NCBI GenBank assembly: GCA_017628395.1
Contig: JAGBZD010000042.1
Location: 6,386-70,385 of the forward strand
Length of the DNA stretch: 64,000 bases
Direction: 5' to 3'
Origin: Paludibacteraceae bacterium
GTDB taxonomy: Bacteria > Bacteroidota > Bacteroidia > Bacteroidales > Paludibacteraceae
Part shown: positions 1 to 8,356 of the stretch, piece by piece
How the letters are laid out: the number at the start of each line of letters is the position of its first letter
How positions within the stretch are numbered: the first letter of the stretch is position 1
The notes under the pieces: model-generated
Told to the model about the DNA's origin: nothing
The model's input: the letters and a program-made list of their open reading frames with translations, nothing else
Databases searched by the model: none
Made by a program: the position numbers and the translations under genes

Positions 1-209
1 TTTTCCAAGTATGCACGTGCTTCCTCAATGGATGTTATTCCATAATTCTCTGCCATCGGACTGCGTCCGAGTCCACGCATTTGTGGAAATATAAACCATA
101 TCCAATGGCTCTGTTTATACCCTTGTTTGATTTCTTCAAGGGCATCTGCATAATAACTCTCTTGTGCATCAAGAAAGCGGTTAAGGTGGAAGTGATTAGG
201 AGTGTTCAT
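1..209 (-). CDS. DUF1810-family protein, N-terminal part (gene runs off the left edge)
   Basis: Reverse translation from the ATG at 207-209 gives MNTPNHFHLNRFLDAQESYYADALEEIKQGYKQSHWIWFIFPQMRGLGRSPMAENYGITSIEEARAYLE. The SHWIWFIFPQ..GLG.S core matches my recollection of DUF1810. It is absent from the ORF track because it is truncated by the window edge. Confidence 0.6.
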   Translation of the reverse strand, partial: MNTPNHFHLNRFLDAQESYYADALEEIKQGYKQSHWIWFIFPQMRGLGRSPMAENYGITSIEEARAYLE

Positions 210-218
210 AATGATTCT

Positions 219-2171
219 CTATTTTTCCATACTATTTTTATTTACGGGAATTGCTATGCCTTTTATAATCCAAATAATAAAAAACACTAATATATACAGG
301 ACTATTGCTGGGATTAGATAAATTAGAGCAAATATACCACATGGTAGTGTGCATATATAAAATAGTGGAAAAATTACAAATACAAGCATTGCTCTCATGG
401 GAGACTCTGATGTAGCAAAATGATTTATCGTATTTTCTAGCCACTGTGGGAATAAACTATAAGAACCACTTTCGCATTTAATTTTTCTAAATGTATATAT
501 TATTAGAGGCAAACGGAATGATAATAAAAATATTGCATATATAATTGTATTTTCATATATAAAACCTACTCCAAATGTATATATTACATACATAAAACAT
601 TCTAATATTAAACAGATCAATTGGTACATTAATGCGCTAAACGCACGTTTGTTTTTAATTTGTAATCTTTGTTTAGTATAAATCATGTAGCTTAGTAAAG
701 TTATCAAAAACAAAATGGTACAAATTATGAATAACCATGTAATAGTTTTCCACATCTTTATATGCCACACTTTTTGGGGAGAATCTAACAAATAATAATC
801 AGACTCATAACTATCGTCATATATAGCTAAATCAGGAACATATGCAATGAATTCATACGCTTTTCCTCTGCGAACTTCTACAATGTGTTTTCTATACCAG
901 TATTCGGATTGCAGGATGAGACCATTATGCAAATATTCAAAATTATCCTTTATCCTATCATAAAATACAAGTTGCTGGTTTGTTTTGTTGTTTTTCATGG
1001 AAATATTGATTTCAAAACAGCATCCATCTTTTTCTAATCGTTTTATTTGATCTGATATATAACTAGTACTATCATCAATATTATAAGACAACAAACGATA
1101 ATATTGCGGAGGTGAGGCATTTGTCCAACCTGTATAATACCCATTTCTGTTTATTCTTCCATACCTTTCTAGATACAATGAGTAATCTTCTACTATAGGT
1201 TTGCCTAATTTGTGATCAACATCATAATACCTTTTCATTTCCCAATCGCAGTTGCGCAAATACCAAAGGTCATATTTGGAAGAATATAAATATCTATCAC
1301 AATGTTCTTTCGAGTAGCAATAAATAGATGTAAACACTATAGAAAGCAACATACATAAACTACTAAAAACAGACAATAGAAGAATTACTAATTTCGATTT
1401 ATCATAGCAACTTTTACGGTTGTTACTACACACATGTAATCGCTGCTCATTATCAGTTTGAGAGCCTTTATAGTTGTCTTCTACCGAAATTGCGATCTCT
1501 TCTTCAGGTTCTATCGGTGCAAAATCCTTATTTTCACTATGCTGTTTTGATTCTTCGGGTAATGTAGGGACGATGGCGTCTTTGCGATAAGTTCGTAGTA
1601 GAAGCCAAGCCATTAAAATTGCTACACCTGTAAAGAGGAATTCCTCCCAATCAAAAAAATGATGTGAAGCTAAAGTAGCTGGAACTAAAAATAATAAAAA
1701 TAGGTAGCCAAAAGCCTTTCTAACTTTGGCAACTGGTCTAGTAGAAGATTTCTTAAAGAATAAAAACATTATTCCAAACCCCATCCAAACAGAGAAACTT
1801 TTAATTTTAATGAGAATTAGCCACTGTTCAAAAGTTGGCAATGCAAATACTGCCTCTACTCCTGCTTCACGCATAGGAACGTTTGGTCCCATACCATATT
1901 GAATCATTGTTTCATTTGGAGTAAATGTGCCGAAAGTACTGAGATAGTAGTTAGGAAGTAATACATTTTTCTGATTGATAAACATTAAACCAATCGCGCC
2001 AAGGATACATAATACGCCCATTATGGTACGATATCTTTTTCGATAGTTAGTGTCGTAATCTGTAGGATTGCGTCTAATACAATAGAAAGTAATAAATAGT
2101 ATTACAATCCACATAATGATGTCAAAAGATAGTTTTCCCACAAATGCGGTTTCTGATAAATAGCCTGGCAT
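219..2171 (-). CDS. multi-pass membrane protein of unknown function (650 aa)
   Basis: Long ORF with hydrophobic helices at both ends (IIMWIVILFITFYCI; GIFALIYLIPAIVLYILVFFIIWII). These flank a Cys/Tyr/Asp-rich soluble middle. Composition is clearly more AT-rich than neighbouring genes. No family recognised. Confidence 0.7.
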   Translation of the reverse strand: MPGYLSETAFVGKLSFDIIMWIVILFITFYCIRRNPTDYDTNYRKRYRTIMGVLCILGAIGLMFINQKNVLLPNYYLSTFGTFTPNETMIQYGMGPNVPMREAGVEAVFALPTFEQWLILIKIKSFSVWMGFGIMFLFFKKSSTRPVAKVRKAFGYLFLLFLVPATLASHHFFDWEEFLFTGVAILMAWLLLRTYRKDAIVPTLPEESKQHSENKDFAPIEPEEEIAISVEDNYKGSQTDNEQRLHVCSNNRKSCYDKSKLVILLLSVFSSLCMLLSIVFTSIYCYSKEHCDRYLYSSKYDLWYLRNCDWEMKRYYDVDHKLGKPIVEDYSLYLERYGRINRNGYYTGWTNASPPQYYRLLSYNIDDSTSYISDQIKRLEKDGCCFEINISMKNNKTNQQLVFYDRIKDNFEYLHNGLILQSEYWYRKHIVEVRRGKAYEFIAYVPDLAIYDDSYESDYYLLDSPQKVWHIKMWKTITWLFIICTILFLITLLSYMIYTKQRLQIKNKRAFSALMYQLICLILECFMYVIYTFGVGFIYENTIIYAIFLLSFRLPLIIYTFRKIKCESGSYSLFPQWLENTINHFATSESPMRAMLVFVIFPLFYICTLPCGIFALIYLIPAIVLYILVFFIIWIIKGIAIPVNKNSMEK

Positions 2172-2204
2172 AGTATTTCGATTTTATTGTTTTCTATTTA
2201 TTAT

Positions 2205-3053
2205 TTATGAGTTTAATAGCCACTCATTATACAAACTTTCATCTCCTTCGAAAGCTTCTAGTGGACTAATATAGAAATTATCATCCTCTTTTAATCTCTC
2301 TTGTTCAAGAGCATATAGGTTTACCTTAATATCTATTCTTAATTCAGGATACGCATTTTGTTTGTATTTGTTATTCTTATAGTAACAAATACGATCATAT
2401 AAAGGATCTATTTCACGGCAAGCAGGTAAATTTATATAGAAGTCTTCTCCGTTATAGATTGCTCTTGTAGTTCGATATCCATTACGAAGTTTCCACATAT
2501 CTTCAAAGAGATTTTTTATAACAACTTCTCCATTTGCATTAATTATTCCCCAACGATTGTTTTTCTTAGTTCTTGCCAGTCCATCCACAAAGGTGTCTAT
2601 ATAATCAAACCTCCCAAAATCAACCAAAGTTCGACCTTCTTTATCAATAATTCCATATTGACCATTTAAGAGTACCACATATAAGGTGGAATCATAATAT
2701 AAAATCCTATCGTATTTGGGTTGTAATAAAATATCTCCTTTAAAATTTGCAACGCCTTCTTTTCTTTCTAGTTGTTTGTCCCAATGTCTCATTTCAAAAA
2801 CAAGAGTTCTATTCTTGTGATTATATGAAAGAATAGCATCAAATGATGGTTGAATTAGGATCTTACAATCACTATTCATTAGTCCTATTTTCCCGTTTTT
2901 TGAAATCTCAATATATTCTTGGCTTGTTTTGAAAGAGATTATATCTTTAGACTGGAGATGTATAGTGTAATCATGTTCTACTAGAGTTATAATGTCAGAA
3001 ATCTTTTCTTCATAATCCTCTAGAACTTTTAATTGTTGCTCGAGTGATTTCAT
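2205..3053 (-). CDS. WG-repeat-containing protein
   Basis: Repeated WG-type units are present: GKIGLMNSDCKILIQPSFDAI, QYGIIDKEGRTLVDFGRFDYI and RWGIINANGEVVIKNLFEDM. AT-rich. No signal peptide seen. Confidence 0.65.
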   Translation of the reverse strand: MKSLEQQLKVLEDYEEKISDIITLVEHDYTIHLQSKDIISFKTSQEYIEISKNGKIGLMNSDCKILIQPSFDAILSYNHKNRTLVFEMRHWDKQLERKEGVANFKGDILLQPKYDRILYYDSTLYVVLLNGQYGIIDKEGRTLVDFGRFDYIDTFVDGLARTKKNNRWGIINANGEVVIKNLFEDMWKLRNGYRTTRAIYNGEDFYINLPACREIDPLYDRICYYKNNKYKQNAYPELRIDIKVNLYALEQERLKEDDNFYISPLEAFEGDESLYNEWLLNS

Positions 3054-3065
3054 GATAGGAAGATA

Positions 3066-3326
3066 TTAAACTGTATGTGTTCTATTTTCAATATTATAAG
3101 AGTGTCTATATTCTGGTTCTCTATCATCAGTTGTTGCAATTGCATAAAAAATCGCTCCTATAATAAGAATTGCAATAATCCAACCGAACCATCCACTTTC
3201 ATCACCCACTGCATTATCAATTTTATTTTTTACTAATCCAGATAGCAGTACAAATAGTACAACAACGAATGGAAGAATAAAAATAATGCTCAATACTATA
3301 TACATTACCATTTCCGAAGTTTCCAT
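3066..3326 (-). CDS. small membrane protein (86 aa, two predicted helices)
   Basis: Two hydrophobic stretches (MYIVLSIIFILPFVVVLFVLLSGLV and WFGWIIAILIIGAIFYAIA). It lies 12 nt upstream of the WG-repeat gene on the same strand. Confidence 0.5.
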   Translation of the reverse strand: METSEMVMYIVLSIIFILPFVVVLFVLLSGLVKNKIDNAVGDESGWFGWIIAILIIGAIFYAIATTDDREPEYRHSYNIENRTHTV

Positions 3327-3384
3327 ATCTTAGATGCTAGTTTTATGGGGTTATAATTTGTTGAGTTTAACTTGTTACTGGCGA

Positions 3385-3747
3385 TTATTTGGCATTTTTA
3401 CAGAGTGAGCCGATGATGAAGCCGCGGAGGGTGGTGTAGGGTTTGGGATAGGAGTTGGGGTAGCGGTCGGCTTTCTTGCGGTAGGCGGCGAACTTATCTT
3501 CCCACTCGGTGCGGAGGTCGGGAGTATTCAAAATAACCGTGGCTTGATTGACGGCATCTGCAAATGCTGTGATAGTGCGTTGGCGTTCAGGGGCTACGGG
3601 ACCTTTATATGGATGCTTGATTGCATATGCATGAGTGCGGCCATTGCGAGTGCGCATGACAATCTTGTCCGTAGAAGCGAGTTTGCCTGACATGGAGTCG
3701 AAAGGGTGTGAGAGAGTAGTGCGTGCCATGGTGTTCGGCAATCTCAC
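3385..3747 (-). CDS. hypothetical protein (120 aa; alternative start MARTT at 3729)
   Basis: ORF with background-like GC. A TATCTTTG -7 box lies on this strand at 3885-3892. No family recognised. Confidence 0.55.
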   Translation of the reverse strand: MRLPNTMARTTLSHPFDSMSGKLASTDKIVMRTRNGRTHAYAIKHPYKGPVAPERQRTITAFADAVNQATVILNTPDLRTEWEDKFAAYRKKADRYPNSYPKPYTTLRGFIIGSLCKNAK

Positions 3748-4019
3748 GCATTGACCAACGATTTTTTCATTGTTAGGGCGTGAGATGCCTCCACTCGATC
3801 CTCGATGCCACTAACTTCTCGGATGTTTCTCGAGGGAGACTCCTCCTTGCCGTCGGAGGGGATAGTGATTGTTAATTATGGGTGCAAAGATACGGAATAT
3901 TTGCGAGATTTGCAAGTGTTATGTAAAAAAAATGTGTAATATTATGTCGTCTGGTGTAGCATAGTGTCTAATATTTGGGGTACACTTCAAGGTGTTTCTA
4001 CGGTGTGCATATACTAATA

Positions 4020-4092
4020 TACCGTTTATCTACCGTGTATGTACCGTATATCAACCGTATATCTACCGTAGTTGATAGCGAATTGATAGCGG
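4020..4092. repeat. 11-bp phased tandem array: 5 x TACCGTnTATn, then 2 x (G/A)TTGATAGCG(A/G)
   Basis: TACCGT or AACCGT starts at 4020, 4031, 4042, 4053 and 4064. GTTGATAGCGA lies at 4071 and ATTGATAGCGG at 4082. Confidence 0.85.
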
Positions 4093-4111
4093 AGGAACAG
4101 GTACTTTTTAC

Positions 4112-4708
4112 TTACCTTCTCGGGTCGGGGAGGAGCCAGGCAATATAGTCGGCATCGTAATGGTTGATGCCAGAGGCGGAGGTGTCGAAATAGTAATTGG
4201 CTGCTGCCTCGGCACCAAACACACCATCGCCCATTTCAATCATATTCAAATATACCTCCATGATGCGCTCCTTGCCCCAAAGGAACTCTATCAAGACCGT
4301 GAAATATGCCTCTACCGCCTTGCGCAGATAGGTGCGGGAGTGGAAAGTGAAGATGTTCTTTGCCGTTTGCTGGGAGATTGTGCTGCCTCCGCAGACAATA
4401 CGACCATAGCGCTGATTCTGCTCATACGCATAGGAAATAGCGTCCCAATCGAAGCCGCGATGGTCGTAGAACTTGGCATCCTCATGGTCGATGACAGCGG
4501 CGATGAGGTTGGGGGAGATATCCTCGAGGGGGATCCACTGGTGCTGTATGTCCAGTTGGCGTCCCTCCTGACGCGCCTCGATATGACGGAGCAGCATGAG
4601 AGGCGTGAAAGGAATAGGAACGAACTTAAAGAGGACAACAAGGGCGATAGTGCTAAGGAAGAAGCATAATAGAATATTAGTAAGGCATTTACTGATATTA
4701 CGAAGCAT
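4112..4708 (-). CDS. mtgA: monofunctional peptidoglycan glycosyltransferase (GT51)
   Basis: N-terminal TM anchor followed by GT51 motifs: EDAKFYDHRGFDWDAI and GGSTISQQTAKN. Confidence 0.85.
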   Translation of the reverse strand: MLRNISKCLTNILLCFFLSTIALVVLFKFVPIPFTPLMLLRHIEARQEGRQLDIQHQWIPLEDISPNLIAAVIDHEDAKFYDHRGFDWDAISYAYEQNQRYGRIVCGGSTISQQTAKNIFTFHSRTYLRKAVEAYFTVLIEFLWGKERIMEVYLNMIEMGDGVFGAEAAANYYFDTSASGINHYDADYIAWLLPDPRR

Positions 4709-4767
4709 AACATTAGAGTTTAGTGGACGGCGCTTTGCGCCTACTGTTTATAGGTTACAGGTGGGAG

Positions 4768-5805
4768 CTAGCGAATTGGTTTGCCATGTTCGTCAATGAG
4801 AGTGCCGAAGCGATTGGACCACTTGCCAAAAGAGGCAAAGAAAGTGTGCTTAGTCTGAGCTTTGATGTCATAAAACAGCGGAGGAGTCAACACGCGATAG
4901 CGTTTATCCATCAGACCTTTCTTATTATTATAATCCACATAGACATAGCAGTTGGTTTCTTCCCAAATCTCATTGCCATGAGCATCTTTTCTGCCTGTGT
5001 TATATGCCAGTTCCTCAATAGACTTGAAGATAACCTCATAGATCAGTTTGCCTTCGTAAGAGAAAAGATGCTGAATACCATTGTATTCGGTAGCAATCAA
5101 TCCCTCCGACCAATCGACATCAATGGCCTTGTAATTGCCCATAAGAACCGTATCGAGAGCATAGTTATAAACGACACATTCGTCGTTGATTTTGGTGTTA
5201 TAGAGGCGATGGCTATGCTCGTTTTCAATCATGCTATAGAGCGGAGGCAGTACCCATTGGGCTGCGGTATCGATGAGTCCAACCTTATCATTGTCCACAT
5301 TGACAACAAGTTTATCGTTGTGGTAAAGCATCTCGTATTGCTTTTTATACTTGAAGCCATTGGGATTGACAATAGAACCATCGCGACGGAAGATGTAAAT
5401 AGTGTCACTCTTTACCATAATGCCACGGTCGCAGGAGAACTCCCAAGCCTTTTCGTAGACGAGTGGTGTGATGAGCTCTGCCGTATTGAGATTGATATAT
5501 GCACGGCGGTTGTTTTTGGCAAGAATGGCGATAGTGTCGCTATAACTGACATGCAGCCAATCAATGCTATCTACGAGGATCTTGCCCGTTTCGGGATCGT
5601 AGATATGGCAACCATGTTTGTAGCGGAGATGGTTATCGCCAATCTCCTCACCATAGAGTTTCTTTTCGACTTTCTTGGAAGCCGAGGAGATAGAACCACT
5701 GAGCGCAACGATGGTTGTAATGAGAATAACCAATCCGCTAACGAGAAGCAGAATCGATTTAACGGATAGCGACTTGAGCCACTGAAGAAATGAAGTTAGT
5801 TTCAT
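4768..5805 (-). CDS. membrane-anchored protein with WG-like repeats
   Basis: N-terminal helix ILLLVSGLVILITTIVAL. Repeat-like units KVGLIDTAAQWVLPPLYSMI and KKGLMDKRYRVLTPPLFYDI. Own promoter at 5878-5909. Confidence 0.65.
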   Translation of the reverse strand: MKLTSFLQWLKSLSVKSILLLVSGLVILITTIVALSGSISSASKKVEKKLYGEEIGDNHLRYKHGCHIYDPETGKILVDSIDWLHVSYSDTIAILAKNNRRAYINLNTAELITPLVYEKAWEFSCDRGIMVKSDTIYIFRRDGSIVNPNGFKYKKQYEMLYHNDKLVVNVDNDKVGLIDTAAQWVLPPLYSMIENEHSHRLYNTKINDECVVYNYALDTVLMGNYKAIDVDWSEGLIATEYNGIQHLFSYEGKLIYEVIFKSIEELAYNTGRKDAHGNEIWEETNCYVYVDYNNKKGLMDKRYRVLTPPLFYDIKAQTKHTFFASFGKWSNRFGTLIDEHGKPIR

Positions 5806-5877
5806 AGAGATAAATAGTTTAGTTGGTTTGTAAATTGGTTAGGTGGTTTAATGACAACGGGGTGTTGTTTTCGAGTG

Positions 5878-5909
5878 CAAAGGTAGATATTCTATGGAAT
5901 ATAGGCAAG
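5878..5909 (-). promoter_or_regulatory. Bacteroidetes-type promoter (-7 TACCTTTG, -33 CTTG, 20-nt spacer)
   Basis: The reverse complement of 5878-5885 is TACCTTTG. CTTG lies at 5906-5909. Confidence 0.55.
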
Positions 5910-5928
5910 GATTTTTTGCAAGATTGTA

Positions 5929-5973
5929 CGAAATAAAAAATGGTGTGTATGAATTTATATCACACACACCATT
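5929..5973 (-). terminator. rho-independent terminator downstream of the 5994-6857 gene
   Basis: 10-bp stem (AATGGTGTGT at 5939-5948 pairs with ACACACCATT at 5964-5973). On the minus strand it is followed by TTTTTTATTT. Confidence 0.7.
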
Positions 5974-5993
5974 TGGTACAAGATGTTTAGTGC

Positions 5994-6857
5994 CTATCTA
6001 GACCAAACGATAAAACTAACATTCTTAAACACACGGGGTTCCCATTGACCAGAGGCAACACCTACGCCATCAAGGGTTCGGTGCCAACCGATAGCCGAAC
6101 TGCCAACAAGATAAATAGCGTTGGTTGTACCTATATCCACCAATGCTTGAGAGAAATCGTGCAAGGACTCTGGAGTAAAGGTCTCAACTACGACCACTTT
6201 TCCTTCTAGTTCACACAGACCGCGACGGGTGGATTGACTCTTGAGCTCATTCTCTACTAGCACGCCATTAGACACCAGCGGATATTGGCGGAAGAAATAT
6301 CCTCCTACCTCAGTGGCCTGCTCGAAGAGTGGCGAATTGTCCGCCACACCAATAGTGACTTGATCGCCAATAATACCACAATATCCCTTCTTGCTAAGTC
6401 CCCAACTGAGAGGTTTACCACGCAACACAAAAGCACCTACAATCTTCTTATTATCAGCACGAACATCTGCTGCCTGGAAGAGGAGCATATTATGAGTTGT
6501 ATCGTCGATACACTTATATCCTACCTCAAGACGGGGCGTCATATTGAGCGGAACATAAAGGCGCATAGGGATGTCGTTGACGGTAGTGTCTTTGGTGACA
6601 ACATAGATATCCGTAATGCTATCCAATGAGTGAATCCATCCACGGAGAGGATGAGGAATCGCTTGGCGAACAGATCTCTCGAAAATGCCCTCCTCTTCTT
6701 GCGATATAGCACACGAGAAGGCAATGATGCCAGCAATAACGCCTATCACCAATACAGCAGCGAGAATCATCCAACCCCACTTGCGTTTTGAGGAAGAAGA
6801 GGATTCACCTATGACACGGATCTCGGTGTCCTGTATGTCGTACTTATTTGATTTCAT
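5994..6857 (-). CDS. single-pass membrane protein with extracytoplasmic domain (weak phosphodiester-glycosidase/DUF2233-like resemblance)
   Basis: Short cytoplasmic N-terminus, then TM helix WMILAAVLVIGVIAGIIAFSCAI, then a domain of about 230 aa ending TNAIYLVGSSAIGW. Its start overlaps the LytTR gene stop by 14 nt. Confidence 0.5.
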   Translation of the reverse strand: MKSNKYDIQDTEIRVIGESSSSSKRKWGWMILAAVLVIGVIAGIIAFSCAISQEEEGIFERSVRQAIPHPLRGWIHSLDSITDIYVVTKDTTVNDIPMRLYVPLNMTPRLEVGYKCIDDTTHNMLLFQAADVRADNKKIVGAFVLRGKPLSWGLSKKGYCGIIGDQVTIGVADNSPLFEQATEVGGYFFRQYPLVSNGVLVENELKSQSTRRGLCELEGKVVVVETFTPESLHDFSQALVDIGTTNAIYLVGSSAIGWHRTLDGVGVASGQWEPRVFKNVSFIVWSR

Positions 6858-7209
6858 ATTTCTTTTCTATAAATTCTTTTAGTGATTTGAGAGCTTCTTT
6901 GGATGCTGAGAGTGTGTAGGTATTATCACGATCCTTAAGGAGCAATTGTTGGCGGGCCACATTGATATGATAGATATGGTTGATATTAATAATCAAGCTT
7001 CTACCTATGCGAATAAACATGCTACGCATATCTGGCAACTGCTTATTAATCATTTCTTCGAGTTGCCCCAATTGAAAAGTTACCATACGAATCTCACCAC
7101 CAGACATGAGCAAATTGCTATAATTGCCGTCCGACGATATGTATATAATATGTGCCGCCGCTACACGCAGCAGTTCGTTGGAGGTAGATATGATGAGATG
7201 TGTGTTCAT
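6844..7209 (-). CDS. stand-alone LytTR DNA-binding domain protein
   Basis: LytTR pattern AAHIIYISSDGNYSNLLMSGGEIRMVTFQLGQLEE...FIRIGRSLIININHI. A TACTTTTG -7 box lies at 7218-7225, only 8 nt upstream of the ATG. Confidence 0.8.
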   Translation of the reverse strand: MNTHLIISTSNELLRVAAAHIIYISSDGNYSNLLMSGGEIRMVTFQLGQLEEMINKQLPDMRSMFIRIGRSLIININHIYHINVARQQLLLKDRDNTYTLSASKEALKSLKEFIEKKYEIK

Positions 7210-7342
7210 TTCGATTGCAAAAGTACTGCTTTTTTATTAGATACGCAAATATGGAGGGTGGTTTTTGTACGAAATAGGCGGATTTCTGTATGAACTATCT
7301 TCAGTAAGACGCGACACTATTAAACATGGAAAGTCTAATATT

Positions 7343-7377
7343 GAAAGTCGAAAGTCGAAAGTCAAAAGTTGAAAGAC
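7343..7377. repeat. heptamer tandem array: GAAAGTC x3, AAAAGTT, GAAAGAC (plus an isolated GAAAGTC at 7329)
   Basis: Read directly from the sequence. Period is 7 bp. Confidence 0.85.
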
Positions 7378-7405
7378 GAGAGGCGGTTTAAGCCCCTACA
7401 TCTTG

Positions 7406-8293
7406 TCAGATAATCAACTGGTATTGTGCAGAGAGAAGCAGTGGGTAATTGGAATCAATATGCCCTGCGGGATAGTCAAACAGCACAGGAAAAGCATATG
7501 GTTCTACCACTTGGCGAATAGACTCCATCAGCGTACAACCCATCGAAGAATCATCGGCACAATCGGTGAACTGACCAACCAACAATCCGCTGATTCGTTC
7601 GAAAACGCCACTCATACGAAGATTATGCAACATGCGATCAATATGATAGTGGCGTTCGCAGATGTCTTCTATAAACAGAATAGGCGGTTCGCTACATTGA
7701 TTGATGATGTTATTCAGTCCGTATGGAGTCCCCTGCAAGCCGTATAGTACACTCAGATTACCGCCAATCAATGGCCCTTTAGCTTCACCAGAGCGATTGA
7801 GAGGGGAAAGCGGCATGGTGAAAGGCGAAAGGGAAAAGGGGAGGAGACTATGAGGCGATAAGGTGAGGAGCTTGCGTTCCTCCAACAAGGAGGTATCATC
7901 ATCAGGCAACAGCGAAATATCCTTACACATATTGGCATGTAACGATGGTACACCATGCAAACTCAACAAAGCATGCAAAGCCGTGACATCCGAGAAACCA
8001 ACCAGCAATGGCCATTGCTCTTTCGGACAATTAGGCAACACAATGCGGTCTAATATACGCTGCAAACCATACCCCCCACGACTGCACAAGATAATATCTA
8101 TCGCTGGATCAGCAAAAGCGGCATTGAGATCAGACAAGCGCTCCTCATCCGTAGCCGAAAAACGCCCCAAATGACCATAAGCATGCGCTGCTACCGACAC
8201 ACAAAAACCCCACTGCTCTAAACGAACTTTGGCTTGATTGATCCATTGCAAATCAATCGCACTGGCAGGAGAAAGAATACGAATATGCTTCAT
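7406..8293 (-). CDS. LD-carboxypeptidase (peptidase S66, muramoyltetrapeptide carboxypeptidase-like)
   Basis: MKHIRILSPASAID, GFSDVTALH and the C-terminal GHIDSNYPL are typical of S66. I prefer the ATG at 8293 over the ORF-track start at 8329. Confidence 0.8.
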   Translation of the reverse strand: MKHIRILSPASAIDLQWINQAKVRLEQWGFCVSVAAHAYGHLGRFSATDEERLSDLNAAFADPAIDIILCSRGGYGLQRILDRIVLPNCPKEQWPLLVGFSDVTALHALLSLHGVPSLHANMCKDISLLPDDDTSLLEERKLLTLSPHSLLPFSLSPFTMPLSPLNRSGEAKGPLIGGNLSVLYGLQGTPYGLNNIINQCSEPPILFIEDICERHYHIDRMLHNLRMSGVFERISGLLVGQFTDCADDSSMGCTLMESIRQVVEPYAFPVLFDYPAGHIDSNYPLLLSAQYQLII

Positions 8294-8339
8294 CGTGTGC
8301 AAAATTACATTTTTTTTTTCATATATCAAAAAAAAGTTG

Positions 8340-8347
8340 TAACTTTG
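8340..8347 (+). promoter_or_regulatory. -7 promoter box TAACTTTG for the 8357 gene
   Basis: Exact TAnnTTTG match 10 nt upstream of the ATG. Confidence 0.5.
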
Positions 8348-8356
8348 CAGCGATTT

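Noticed and set aside
3748-3884. Long (~140 nt), relatively GC-rich 5' leader of the 120-aa gene with small stems (CCTCC/GGAGG, CTCG/CGAG). Considered as a possible riboswitch or ncRNA.
   Set aside because: I cannot match it to any riboswitch consensus and the stems are short. It would need covariation data before any claim.
4723-5769. 348-aa plus-strand ORF.
   Set aside because: It is the antisense shadow of the 4768-5805 minus-strand gene. That gene has a TM anchor, a normal composition and a TACCTTTG promoter, whereas the plus-strand product is Ile/Phe/Asn-rich low-complexity sequence with no promoter.
8294-8329. Upstream start for the LD-carboxypeptidase (MIYEKKNVILHT).
   Set aside because: It would place an A10 tract and the TAATTTTG -7-like box inside the coding sequence. 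S66 homologues start near MKxIxIxSPSS. The call is uncertain, so the tract is kept as a low-interest finding.
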